NCBI GenBank assembly: GCA_951406725.2
Contig: OX597815.1
Location: forward strand, 184,946,001-185,010,000
DNA from: Octopus vulgaris
Lineage: Eukaryota
DNA: 64,000 bases
Direction: 5' to 3'
Of this stretch, positions 13,570 through 25,526 are shown piece by piece (position 1 is the stretch's first letter; the number at the start of each line of letters is the position of its first letter). The translations under genes and the position numbers were made by a program. Below the pieces are notes generated by a model. It was given only the letters and a program-made list of their open reading frames with translations. It was not told where the DNA came from and ran no database searches.

Positions 13570-14037
13570 ATAAAAGATGGGTTAAAGCAAATATTCTGCT
13601 CAATACCACAGATATGCTTGTCAGTTGTTTGACCTTAACCAGTTGAGCATGTCCCTTAGTGGCTGAAGATATGTGCGTCTCTGATCATGAGCAGAAGTAG
13701 TGGGGGAGTATCAAAGCCGTGTGTTGAAAGGAATTCTTGGCAGTTTGGATAATTCACCTTTGGTAACACCGGTGGTTCGTTCAACATCCTTAAACAATCC
13801 TTATTTAGGGACCTTTTGAGCGGGATGGGTTACTCGACCAGAAGAAAATTCTAACTGGACCTCACCTGCAAAGTTATGTGCTGCTTATCTTGATATGAGC
13901 TCACTATGTCACGCACATATGGCTGTGATTCATGAGCCTGGTGTACCCTTATCAGAGGGGTAGTCATGGCGGGTATACTGGGCTTCGTATATTTTATCCC
14001 AGTGCCACTTTGATGGCATGCACTGCTCTCTCACTCG

Positions 14038-14040
<3 letters not shown>
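13570..14040. repeat. Unclassified ~470-bp complex element embedded between (TAA)n tracts
   Basis: Higher-GC, non-coding block bounded on both sides by AAT repeats; family not assignable from this window. Confidence 0.45.
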
Positions 14041-14074
<34 letters not shown>

Positions 14075-14158
14075 TAGTAGTAGTGGTAGTTGTAGTAGTA
14101 GTAGTAGTGGTAGTTGTAGTAGTAGTAGTGGTTGTTGTAGTAGTAGTAGTAGTTGTTG

Positions 14159-14205
<47 letters not shown>

Positions 14206-14206
14206 T

Positions 14207-14432
14207 TACCAATAATTGTCGGAGTCCTGGGAACAGTGAGCAAAAATCTCGAGAAGTATATGGAACAAATAGGGGCTGCAATAAGGGTGGAGCACTTGCA
14301 GGAAACAGCACTGCTTGGGACCACTCGAATACTCCGGAAAGGGCTAAAAAAATAAGAGGTGTTACCTTAGTTCACTGGTAGTGAACAGCTGACACTGTAG
14401 TACATCTCCGGCGTTAGAAGCTGTGCAAAGGC
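14207..14432 (+). mobile_element. R4-like RLE C-terminus and 3'UTR ending in (TAA)n (second subfamily)
   Basis: PIIVGVLGTVSKNL...LQETALLGTTRILRK. Confidence 0.75.
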
Positions 14433-14485
<53 letters not shown>

Positions 14486-16276
14486 GTATGCATATACATA
14501 CATATACGTAGACAGATAAAACAGAGATATATCCATACATGCATAGATACATATACGCACATGTATGCATATGTATATATAGTCATAAATGCAGGAATAA
14601 ACTTGTGTCTTGAATATATTATTTTCTCTTTTAAAAGATACTTCTTGTGTTATGCAACATCATTTGAATCGTAGGATAGTATTTCCCAGCTGTTTTATCG
14701 AAAGATCAAATACGCTGCGACAAACTTTAGACATTTTCTCCGTTATCAAACATGACATCTTTTCCTCGTTAGTATTTCAACACTTACTAACATAAACAAC
14801 GACTTTTGTTACAAAGGGAAAAATTTATACTTTTAACACAAAACCTTTAAACCTCGATGCAGGTCGTACACAAATTTTCTCTATCTCTAAATTTGAACAA
14901 ATTTTCTGATAAGCTGATCTTGACATTAATGCCGATGTTTTTCAATTAAAGCCGTTTTTCTCTTGTTTTACACCTCGTACAAATGTTTCTTGTGCCAAAT
15001 TCCTTTTTCTATGTGATCTGGAATCGCTGTTATTAAATGTGTCTTATTTGTGAGAATCGCTGGCATTGTAAATAAATGTTAGTAATCAAATAGGTTATAT
15101 ACATGTGTGAGTTGAAGCGTTATAGAATTCCGGTTTATATTTTTTTTCTAAACAAAATTAGAGCCAAAATAAACTGTAGCGTAAATTCTTTTTCTAAAAT
15201 ATTCCCACCTAAAGATATATAACATCAAGGACCTTATTTTTGCTTCCAGTTACGAGGGTGAGGATTTCAACAACACCTTTTTCGTAATAAAAAGATTACA
15301 AAGATTCTAAGGTGTTTTTTTAAAATTCAGAGAACACATATTAAATAAAACTTGTTCTGCACGCTCTCATACAATGTATTTCAGAACAGTTTACTTACCA
15401 GTCACTACTGCATCGGGTTCACATTAGTCTTGGTAGTATTGACAGAGACAGAGGCACAATTTTATAAATCAGTCAATACGACCATACATTTCTGACAAGT
15501 CGATGTCTTGAGCACCTAAAACCTTTTTCCGTACTACGCCACGCCAAATTGTTATGTCAACTTTGATTTCTATACACAAGTGATTCTCATTCTATAAAAC
15601 GTTAATATCTCATGTCATTATTCAAACCTTACTGGTGCCTTTCCATTATGTAGCTTATTCATAGCACGGTAAAAGCTTCAGGATCGTTAAAATGTGAATC
15701 AGTATTGACATTAAGAAAATAATCCTTCCTTATTGTATTATTCACTTATGGTCGAAATCTATCATTTTTATTCCCGTTTGTTTTTTTATTTTTGCTATTT
15801 CTTATTGAGTTATGTTTTTTATTCGGTCATTGTCCACTATACAATTTGTGATGTCAAAGACAAAACATGCGTCAAATCATGATGCATTGATATTAAAGAT
15901 TTCGGGGTTGGATGTTGTCATTCAAAGGCTTCAGTCAGTGATTTAAAAATAATAACCATTCTCCGAAATGCATGGCATTTAAAATCTTCATGTATTTTTT
16001 CCCCACTTCTTCACGAGACCTATCTGTGAAATGAACTTATTTCCTTTTGACAGGCAATAATAGTATTTAAAAGTCCCATTCTGATATTACCCTATCATTT
16101 TAGTAGACACATACGGTTTTGATTTAGTAATCTTCATCAGTACAAATATTGCAGTTGTGCGCTAATACGATGACAGCAACTTTAGGCAGAGAGTAACTGA
16201 TGCCTACATCTCATTTCATGTTTGCATCTGTGTATGTATGGAATTTTTTTCTTTTTGCTTTTGTTTATAAGATGTT

Positions 16277-16337
<61 letters not shown>

Positions 16338-16388
16338 CCAGCATGGCCACAGCTTGTGAGCTGAAACTAAATAATAAAAAAAAATATA

Positions 16389-16790
16389 GGCGAAGGAGTG
16401 GCTGTGTGGTAAGTAGCTTGTTTACCAACCACATGGTTCCGGGTTCAGTCCCACTGCGTGGCACCTTGGGCAAGTGTCTTCTACTATAGCCTCGGGCCGA
16501 TCAAACCCTTGTGAGTGGATTTGGTAGACGGAAACTGAAAGAAGCCCGTCGTATATATGTATATATATATGCGTGTGTGTGTTTGTGTGTCTGTGTTTGT
16601 CCCCCTAGCATTGCTTGACAACCGATGCTGGTGTGTTTATGTCCCCGTTACTTAGCGGTTCGGCAAAAGAGACCGATAGAATAAGTACTGGGCTTACAAA
16701 AGAATAAGTCCCGGGGTCGAGTTGCTCGATTAAAGGCGGTGCTCCAGTATGGCCGCAGTCAAATGACTGAAACAAGTAAAAGAGATAAAA
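16389..16790 (+). mobile_element. SINE family A, full length
   Basis: A-box-like TGGCTGTGTGG, B-box-like GGTTCAGTCCC, CCTTGGGCAAGT, tail GACTGAAACAAGTAAAAGAG. Confidence 0.9.
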
Positions 16791-16842
16791 GATATATATA
16801 TATATATATATATGTGTGTGTATATATATGTATATATATATG

Positions 16843-16876
<34 letters not shown>

Positions 16877-16894
16877 TGTATGTATCTATGTATG

Positions 16895-16940
<46 letters not shown>

Positions 16941-17009
16941 ATACAGACATGCATACGCACACACACACACACACATATGTATATATATATCTGTGTATGT
17001 GTGTGTGCA

Positions 17010-17393
17010 TTCTTTAATTCTTCTAGTTGTTTTAATCATCTGACTGCGGCCATGGTGGAGCACCACCTTCAAGACTTAGTCGAAAAAATTGACTCCAAAA
17101 TTTTTTAAAGCGTAGTAGTATTCTGTCGATTTCTTTCGCCGAACCGCTATGTTACAGAGAACATAAATCCGCCAGCGCCGGTTGTCAAGCGGTGATGGAG
17201 CGGCACAGACATAAATGCACAAAACACATACACACGACGGGCTTCTTTCAGTTTCCGTCTACCAAATTCACTCACAAGACTTTGGTCGGCCCAAGACGAT
17301 AGTAGAAAACACTCGACCAAGGTGCCACGCAGTGGAACTGAACTCGGGACCATGTGGTTGGGAAGCAGGAAGCAATTTCTTATCACACAGCAC
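17010..17393 (-). mobile_element. SINE family A, diverged, inverted relative to the 16389 copy
   Basis: Reverse-complement similarity along its length. Confidence 0.85.
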
Positions 17394-17467
17394 TGATGTA
17401 GCAACATACATAATTTTGTCTAGGTGAATCTAGGCGAAGAAAACGGATCAAATTTACGCTAACAAAT

Positions 17468-18010
17468 TTACATGAAGAAACCACGTTGAGATTCAGATAG
17501 GACATCACTTACGAGACACCCATTCAGGCAGTTAAGAAGAATATTTGCCAGAACCTTGCCAGCAGCTGATAGTAGAGCAATACTTCTGTTACCACACATT
17601 GTTCTGGCTCCTTTTCCTTTATAGAGAGGAATAATAATTGCATCCTTCCAGTCTTTAGGTATTGCACAATACCTTCGCACTACACTATTGAGTTCATGAA
17701 AGGACTGTATGATGTAATCACCACCAAAATCGCAAGATCTCAGCACAGATTCCATCCTTTCCAGGTGCCCTACCAAGATATATTTACTTATTGATGTCAT
17801 TACTTCATCTATTGAAGGCGTGGAATTTAAGGAGCATAATGTCAAGCAACGTTTCATTTACAACTTAGACCCATAAACTTGCTTCATAAGATGGTAAAGC
17901 TTCTTGCTGTCATTTGCATCAGCAGCAGCCTGAATATCACGAGCAAGATACTCCCACCAAGTGTTCTTCATCTTCCTGAAATATCGCTTCAGTAGTGATT
18001 TTACACTGCT
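17468..18010 (-). pseudogene. RTE-clade LINE RT N-terminal fragment
   Basis: IPKDWKDAIIIPLYKGKG...SIALLSAAGKVLA...LSESQRGF; upstream NTWWEYLARDIQAAAD. Confidence 0.8.
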
Positions 18011-18324
18011 ATATGTATATATATATATATACTAACAATATAGGATGAAGTCCCTTTCTCTACAGAAAAGGATTCTATCAAAAGGCGTGGCAGTATATTA
18101 AAAAAACCTTTACGGTTGAAGTATAAACATCTTATAATTAAGGGCTAAAGAAGGTCATTCTATAGCCAATACACTGATTTATCCACTTATAATCCACATG
18201 TTTCAGGAAAATTGAACTGAAAGCGGGCAACTAACCTTTAGAAAATTTAAATTTCGTTATCTCTATATTGAATCAATTTCGGAATTAATCCCTATAAAGG
18301 ATATATTCTTCTTCAGTAGAAGAG

Positions 18325-18374
<50 letters not shown>

Positions 18375-19399
18375 CATATGTGTGTGTCTGTGTCTGTGTC
18401 TGTGTGTGTATGTATATATGTGTGTATATATGTATGTATTTATATAATATTTCTGTATATATTTATGTTTAGATTCTAGTTTCTGTTGATTACTAACACG
18501 GTGATACATTCCGCAATGAACTTCAGTTAACAAGTTGATATATAATAATCTTATAAATGTGTAATCTATTTTCTCCATTTCGGTAAAAATATTTGATTAA
18601 TTACTTCATTCCTATAGATATCTAGATTCAAAAGTTTATCCCCTGAAGCAATACGTCTATATTTTCCTAGCAAGTTGCTGTCATGAGCAGCGGTTAAAAA
18701 TTGTGTGTTATAACAAAGCAGTTTGATAATTTGGTTTTCCAGAGTTCTTTTAAGCATACATGTGATTCCCATTCTGTAAAATATCGTATCACTCTTCAAC
18801 TCTATCACGTTACTTTATTGTATTCAGACGCAGTACTTCATTGTTAAAAATCATTCTTCTTATTTTCTTTCTTGATCTAAGGTGAAAATATCTTCATTTA
18901 TCCTTTACAGTTGCTTAATAATACAGAAGTGCTTCTTCTGTTCGCCCTCGCCATATACCTTATGGGTTACTGACAGACATATATCTGCTCATGGCTCGTT
19001 AGTAATAGGGTTTTCGGTTAAAGAATTTCCTATTCAAGGATTTTTCTGTTTTGTTCAGATTTTTCATATTCTTCTCAGTTTCCAACAAAGCAAGAAACCT
19101 CTGTAGATTAAATGTACATAATAAAAACATATTTTATATAATCTAATAAAGTCTTGCATTCTTCCTCTGTTCTGTTGAAAGAGTGAATTTTCAAATCAGA
19201 ATACATATAACGTTGCATATTCTATCATATATCTTACGTTTTAAGAACACAAACTATTATTATGTTAACCAAGTGCATTAATGCTTAAGAATATTAATGC
19301 AACTTTATCAGATAGATGCACAATTTGCCCAAATGTACGTTTTTTTTTTTCATTTCTATATTTAAGAGATAGGGAATTATGTACATTATTTACAGTATT

Positions 19400-19574
19400 T
19401 ACATTACTTACATTATTTACATTGAACGGATATTTGTCCTCATCTTGTTTGTTGTTAGCACAAGGTTTTGGCTGATATACCTTGCAGTCTTCATCAGGTG
19501 TCTTGGGAAAATTTCGAACCTGGGTTCTCATTCCTAAGGTATTTTTCGATCTTCTTCTTCTTCTTCTTCTTCTT

Positions 19575-19652
<78 letters not shown>

Positions 19653-19656
19653 GTTA

Positions 19657-19734
<78 letters not shown>

Positions 19735-19789
19735 GGGTCACTGCGCGGGCTACTAACCCCAAGATTCCGAGTTCGATTCCAGGCAGTGA

Positions 19790-19848
<59 letters not shown>

Positions 19849-19992
19849 TCGAAAAATACCTTAGGAATGAGAACCCAGGTTCGAAATTTCCCCCAAGACA
19901 CCTGATGAAGACTGGAGGGTATATCAGCTGAAACGTTGTGTTAACAAGAAACAAGATAAGGACAAATATTCGTCAAATGTAAATAACGTGAA
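19400..19992. mobile_element. Fold-back element: tRNA-like head remnant, (TAA)n spacer and hammerhead-containing tail, with inverted duplicate
   Basis: 19411-19550 is the reverse complement of 19848-19990; centre 19732-19795 contains GTTCGATTCC. Confidence 0.8.
19897..19942 (+). ncRNA. Hammerhead ribozyme motif (type I, minimal palindromic stem III)
   Basis: GACAC CTGATGA AGACTG-GAGGGTATAT-CAGCT GAAA CGTT GTGTT: stem I GACAC/GTGTT, AACGTT palindrome, predicted GUU site. Confidence 0.7.
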
Positions 19993-20234
19993 TAAATGTG
20001 GGTTCTTTTGTTTTTTTTATACATCTCAAGGATATGTTCATCTGTATTTGCTACTGATCTCCATAAAAGAACAATATTTCTGGATTTTAACATTCTGACC
20101 CATGTACTTAGATTAGGTTTGCTTCTTCATTTGTCTGTTGAATGTTAGAATATATGAATATAATATTATTATATTACGGAGATGTACTTGCATAGCGAGT
20201 GACTTGATCTGAGATCGTGTGCTGGAATGAAAAC

Positions 20235-20455
20235 AATTGCAGCGTGGAAGGTGTTTATAAGCCATTTAAGAAGCACACAAAAACCGCTAGAGTCACTTCA
20301 ACATTTAAATTTGCAGCACGAAGTTTTGTCAGTGAATAGGTCGCAGACTCAAAGCGACGAAAACATTTTGACAAATTAAATTTAAATGTTGAAGTGAATC
20401 TAACGGCTTTTGTGTACTTCTTAAATGACTTATAAACACCTTCCACGCTGCAATT
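20235..20455. repeat. ~78-bp inverted repeat enclosing a decayed hammerhead motif
   Basis: 20235-20312 pairs with 20378-20455; loop TTTGTCA gTGAAtA G GTCGC-AGACTCAAA-GCGAC GAAA ACATTT TGACAAA. Confidence 0.75.
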
Positions 20456-20779
20456 ATTATTATATTTTGATTTTATTCCATGGTAGCCCTTCACAAGCAC
20501 TGTATCATACATTGTTTACTTATAAGGTCATGCTTTACAAAATGGTAATTTTTGGTGCCGAAGCTACCTATAAGAAATTGTAGCCCCACCTCAAATATGT
20601 GAAGCATTCGATAATTTTGGTCTCATAGTAATGGTTTTAAATTACACAGTTTCCTATGTTCAGTAAGAACTATTTCGATATAACTTGTTCTTTGATTTCA
20701 AAAGTATAATATTAAAAATGTAGTGGGTACTAATTCTGAAGATCTATGTACGTCTATATGTATGTACACAAAGCAGTGT

Positions 20780-21722
20780 GAGTAGAAGCCACTTGATGCG
20801 ATCCTCAGGCATCAATCTGCCGACCGGCTTTGCTCAATGCGGCCATACTGCCACGTGATGCATCTTTGTTTAGCAGGGCTTCTCCTCTGTTCGTCGACGT
20901 TTGCAATGGATGAAGCAAAGGAACAGTGTGCCTCTGTGAAATGCCCTTTCTGCTAGGTAATATGGCGACCGAGACAGTTGTCATGTCACACAAAGCTTAC
21001 AAGGATACTGCAATGAGCAAAACATAAATTTACAAGGGGTTTTCACGCTTTAGGGATTTTCTCATTTGTCGTTTGAAAACCAACCTCGTTAAGGGCGACC
21101 GTCGACTTCCCGAATGAAGGATTATATCATGAAAATTAATGAACTGATGTTGGGGGCCCATCATCGAAAAATTGACGAACATGTTGATATGACTGGTGTG
21201 TCCTGGAACTCTGCCAACAAATTTTGGGCAAGGAATTGCGAATGAAAATAGTTACCTTGAAATGTTACCTCGTTTTTTCACGGAAGATCAAAATCAGTCA
21301 CGAATGAATGCGTGTCGTGAACTGATCGAACAGTCGGAAGTTAATCTAGACCTTTTATCAAAGGTCATCACTGGAGATGAAAACTGGTGCTATGAAATGA
21401 AACAAATGTGGAAGAAGTGAAACAAAAATACGACGGAGGCGCTAAAAGGCATCACTTCTCGAGAGTTCCAGCACTGTTTCGAATAGTGGAAAATGCGCCT
21501 GGATCGATGCGTTGCTTCAAATGGAGAATAATTTGAAGGTGATAAAAGTGTAAACATGTAAAACGGTAGAGGAGTAGGGGCCGAAACCGGACGTGGTTCC
21601 TCCTGGTGATGTCTTGAGCTAACTGGATCCTATAAAGGAGCTGTTGTGGTAGGAGACCACAAAACACGATTGTAATTCCCCCTATTGCAAAATTCCGGTT
21701 TCTTTTGGGTATCTTCTCGTAC
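20780..21722 (+). mobile_element. Mariner transposon remnant, internally deleted, with right TIR
   Basis: MDEAKEQCASVK; LPRFFTEDQNQSRMNAC...VITGDENWCY (first catalytic D); RLDRCVASNGE.FEGD C-terminus; TIR ...CCGGTTTCTTTTGGGTATCTTCTCGTA. Confidence 0.85.
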
Positions 21723-21874
21723 GTACATACGCAAGTATGTCTGTGTATGGATATATGTATGTATGGGTACACCATGTGCTTCGTGTATCCATACTTACAT
21801 ATAGCCATACACACAAACGTACTTGCGTATGTACGTACGAGAAGATACCCAAAAGAAACCGGAATTTTGCAATA
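21683..21874. repeat. 192-bp near-perfect palindrome (mariner TIR plus flank, duplicated in inverse)
   Basis: TATTGCAAAATTCCGG...GCAAGTA pairs with TACTTGC...CCGGAATTTTGCAATA. Confidence 0.9.
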
Positions 21875-22269
21875 TTATTTTATTCACTAAGTTTTACATG
21901 TATATATGTATGCATTTATGCATGTTGGCAGGTTGGTAGGTAGGTACTATATATGTAGAGATTAATGCATCTAAGAGTGTTTAGAGCAGATATGAGCGAA
22001 TGTGTAAGAAGCTTATGTACTAGAGTTAGGTCATAGATTTAATCCCGTTGTTTGTTATCGTGTGTTAGTGCCATTTACTACGACAGGTAGTCTTAACAAA
22101 ACATTGCGAGTGAAATTATGTACAGAGAAATTACGTAAAAACCAATTATATGGACAGTACCTGTAACTTAAAAAGGTCAGACTCCTCATGCACTGAGTCA
22201 AGCTTATCTTACCTGAGTTCCGCAGAGTGTCTAAGGATCACCCTCCTTACCAAGCAAGGTTGGTGTAGT

Positions 22270-22412
22270 AAGCAGTTTAGTCGCCGATGATTCGACCATG
22301 CAACAGTTGGCGACTAAATGGGTCGTCGGTGACTAAATCGGGTCGTAGGGGACTAAATAGTATCGTCCGAGACGAAAGTGAGTCTTCGGTGATTAAGCTG
22401 GGTCGTCGGTGG
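22270..22412. repeat. Degenerate ~20-bp tandem repeats (GACTAAANNGGTCGTCGGT), likely DNA-transposon subterminal repeats
   Basis: Five contiguous units at 22312-22411 plus an inverted unit TTTAGTCGCC at ~22275. Confidence 0.6.
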
Positions 22413-22504
22413 GTTACATGTTACCAGTAGCGCTCGAGAATGACCTGACATACATGACATCACTTCTTCCTATCGAGGGATAATGGCTTCTGTTAGATCA
22501 ATCT

Positions 22505-23797
22505 CAAATGCGACAAAACAAACTGTGTTCTTGCGCCGTTCTTACTTGCTTTGTATTTCTCATGTTGGTAACAGCGTCCGAGGGTTTTAAAGAAGAAAGT
22601 TGGAATACAGAACAGGTACATGCTTTTTCGACCAACCACGCTTCAAAGCAAAAACTAAGATTTTGGAGCAAACAGTTCGAGATTTGTTCTTTGCAGACGT
22701 TTGTGCAATTATAGCACACACCCTTGAGAGCATGCAATGGATTCTAAACAACTTCTCGCGTGCATCGAAGGCTTTTGTTCTGACTATCAGCGTCAAGAAA
22801 ACTGAGCTTCTCTTTCAGTCCATCCTCCCGCTGTCGCCCCTTCTGTATATGTAGATGGGAAGGCATTGAAAGCTGTTTCCTTCTTCACTTATCTTGGTTC
22901 CTTGTTGTCCAATGATGCTAAGATGGATTAAGAAATCGAGATCAGAATCAGGAAGGCTAGTTCGACTTTCAGTAAGCTTTATCAAAGGCTTTGAAACAGC
23001 CACGACGTATTGTTGAAGATGGAAGTCGATGTATATAAGCCAGTGGTTTTGACATTATTGCTTTATGGTGCCGAGTCTTGGTCTCTGTAACGGAAGCACA
23101 TCAATAAACTTGACGCTTTACATAAGCGATTCTTGCGGACTATCTCCGAAATAAAACCTAGTGATCATATTCGTAACAGTGAGGTGCTAACAAGATGCAC
23201 CATATCAGGTTTTGAAGCCATCCTGATCAAAATACCGCTTAGATGGTCAGGCCATCTCTCGCGTATGAGTGATACCAGAGTTTTGAAGTTAATTCTCTTT
23301 GGCTACTTCCTAATAGGAAAGTTCAGTTGGAAGACCACGCTTGCGCTTCAAAGACAAACGAAAAGACAATCTGAATCGATGCAAAACATTCACTTTTCTT
23401 CCTGGGAAAACAAAGCATAAGAACGCAGGATCTGGCGCCAGTCTTGCTTCTCCTCAGTTCAAAGACCTGAGTAAAGTCGACTCCAGCATCGGAACCAACT
23501 TTGTGATAGTATGAAGGCACTCTGGCAAAACGCTGCTCATCTAAATGGAAGCCTTACCCGTCACTGTAGTTTTTGTGGTACGAAGCAAAGCATGATTTGC
23601 CGCCCACTTAACAAAACACAGAGTAAATGATCCACAAGTACTCGAGTAAATTGAGTCCTCAACTTGTTTCATTTGCCAAAAGGTTTGCAAGGCACCAGCA
23701 GACCTCAAGAGACCATTTGCGTCCATCCAAAAAACATGATTATCGCTTTATTTTACTAAACACTCCTTTGTCGTTCACGATGAGAGAATCCATCATA
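22505..23797 (+). pseudogene. RTE-clade LINE 3' half, degraded
   Basis: VRDLFFADVCA (FADD-like), ISVKKTE, FTYLGS, LLYGAESW, LRWSGHLSRMSDTR. Confidence 0.85.
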
Positions 23798-24550
23798 GTC
23801 ACACACCCACACGCATAAATATATGTATCACGGGCCTCTTTCAGTTTCTTTCTAACAAATCCACTCACAAGTCTTTGATCGGTTTGAGGATAAAGTAGAG
23901 GGTACCACACAGTTTGAACCCAGGATTATGTGGTTGGGTAGCAAATACAGCGCGCTCTCTCTCTCTCTCTTTCCCTATATATATATATATATATATAATC
24001 AAAACAAGCAACATGATATCAAGAAGTGATGCAGTACGACCGTTTCAAGTGGCTGCATTTAATTGAATAATGCAATCATTACATCAATTTAAATGCAGGG
24101 CTATCATCCGTTGCACAAATAAGTAGAATTTTAATCAGTCGGACACAATACAATTTTACTCAAATACTATAACAGAGCAAGAAGATAGAAGAAACCCATG
24201 TCGTCACTATTGTAGCTAAGAATATACTACACTTCGAAGAAAGGCATGAAGCCTACTGGTGTCATATCTTGTAAATCATTGTGGTTCATTTCTAATTTAT
24301 TTGTCTTTTTATCAACTACTAAATCTAAGACTAGAAGACTGTGGCTGTTTGGAATGAAGGGCAAGAGTGAATTGACAGCTCGTGGTTAGGTATGGTCATA
24401 AATATTGTCAAGATATTAGGAGTAGTAAATTGGGTATAAAGGAGGCTGTGTGGAGAAATTCCCTAAATCATGATGTTAATTACCATCATGATGTTAATTA
24501 CAATAATAAAATCTATGATGTAAATACAGAGGAAATTTTATCATGGGGTA

Positions 24551-24954
24551 CTCTTTTACTCTTTTACTTGTTTCAGTCATTTGACTGCGGCCATGCTGGA
24601 GCACCGCCTTTAGTCGAGCAAATCGACCCCGGGACGTATTCTTTGTAAGCCCAGTACTTATTCTATCGGTCTCTTTTTGCCGAACCGCTAAGTGACGGGG
24701 ACGTAAACACACCAGCATCGGTTGTCAAGCAATGCTAGGGGGACAAACACACACACAAACACACACACATACATATATATATACATATATACGACAGGCT
24801 TCTTTCAGTTTCCGTCTACCAAATCCACTCACAAGACATTGGTCGGCCCGGGGCTATAGCAAAAGACACTTACCCAAGATGCCACGCAGTGGGACTGAAC
24901 CCGGAACCATGTGGTTGGTTAGCAAGTTACTTACCACACAGCCACTCCTGCGCC
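24551..24954 (-). mobile_element. SINE family A, full length
   Basis: Reverse complement of the 16389 copy. Confidence 0.9.
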
Positions 24955-25526
24955 TACTATAGGTGATTGTTTATATACGATATTCTTATGTTACATAAAG
25001 ATAAAATTTAAGATTATCAAAAATGATATCATAACCAAAATAGGTAAAATGTGTATGTATATCAATTTTCAACGTTAAAAAGGAAAGATTACATAGAATC
25101 ATTAATATTCATTCATGTACTTACTTAATTACTTATTAGGTGGTTTCTATAAAGACTGCCAAGATCATTTACTTATGGAAAAATGGAAAGATAAACATGC
25201 TATCTATATATTAATTATAAGCCAAGAATCAGAATATATATCTTCATAAATTTACGCTAGTCTGACAAACAATTTGTTCTGTATCGAGTGATGGAACTAA
25301 AACTATTGCAGCATATTTGGGTTGTAATAGTTTCAAATTTTGTCATAAGGTCAGCAAATTTTGGAAAGGGTTAAGTTGATTACATCGTCCTTACTGGCCC
25401 TTATTTTATCCACTTCGAAAGCATAGATAGCAAAGACGATCCCGGCAACACAGAACACAAATTCGGAAGAAACGGTACTAAACATTCTGTGCGTTAACAA
25501 TTGTCGTCTGATAACTAAGAAATATT

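Noticed and set aside
15399-15515. Possible minus-strand exon (TTTTAG acceptor, GTAAGT donor)
   Set aside because: Stops in all three frames and a weak polypyrimidine tract; a UTR or non-coding exon cannot be excluded but is unsupported.
22312-22411. CRISPR-like short repeats
   Set aside because: Units are contiguous without unique spacers, there are no cas genes, and the context is eukaryotic.
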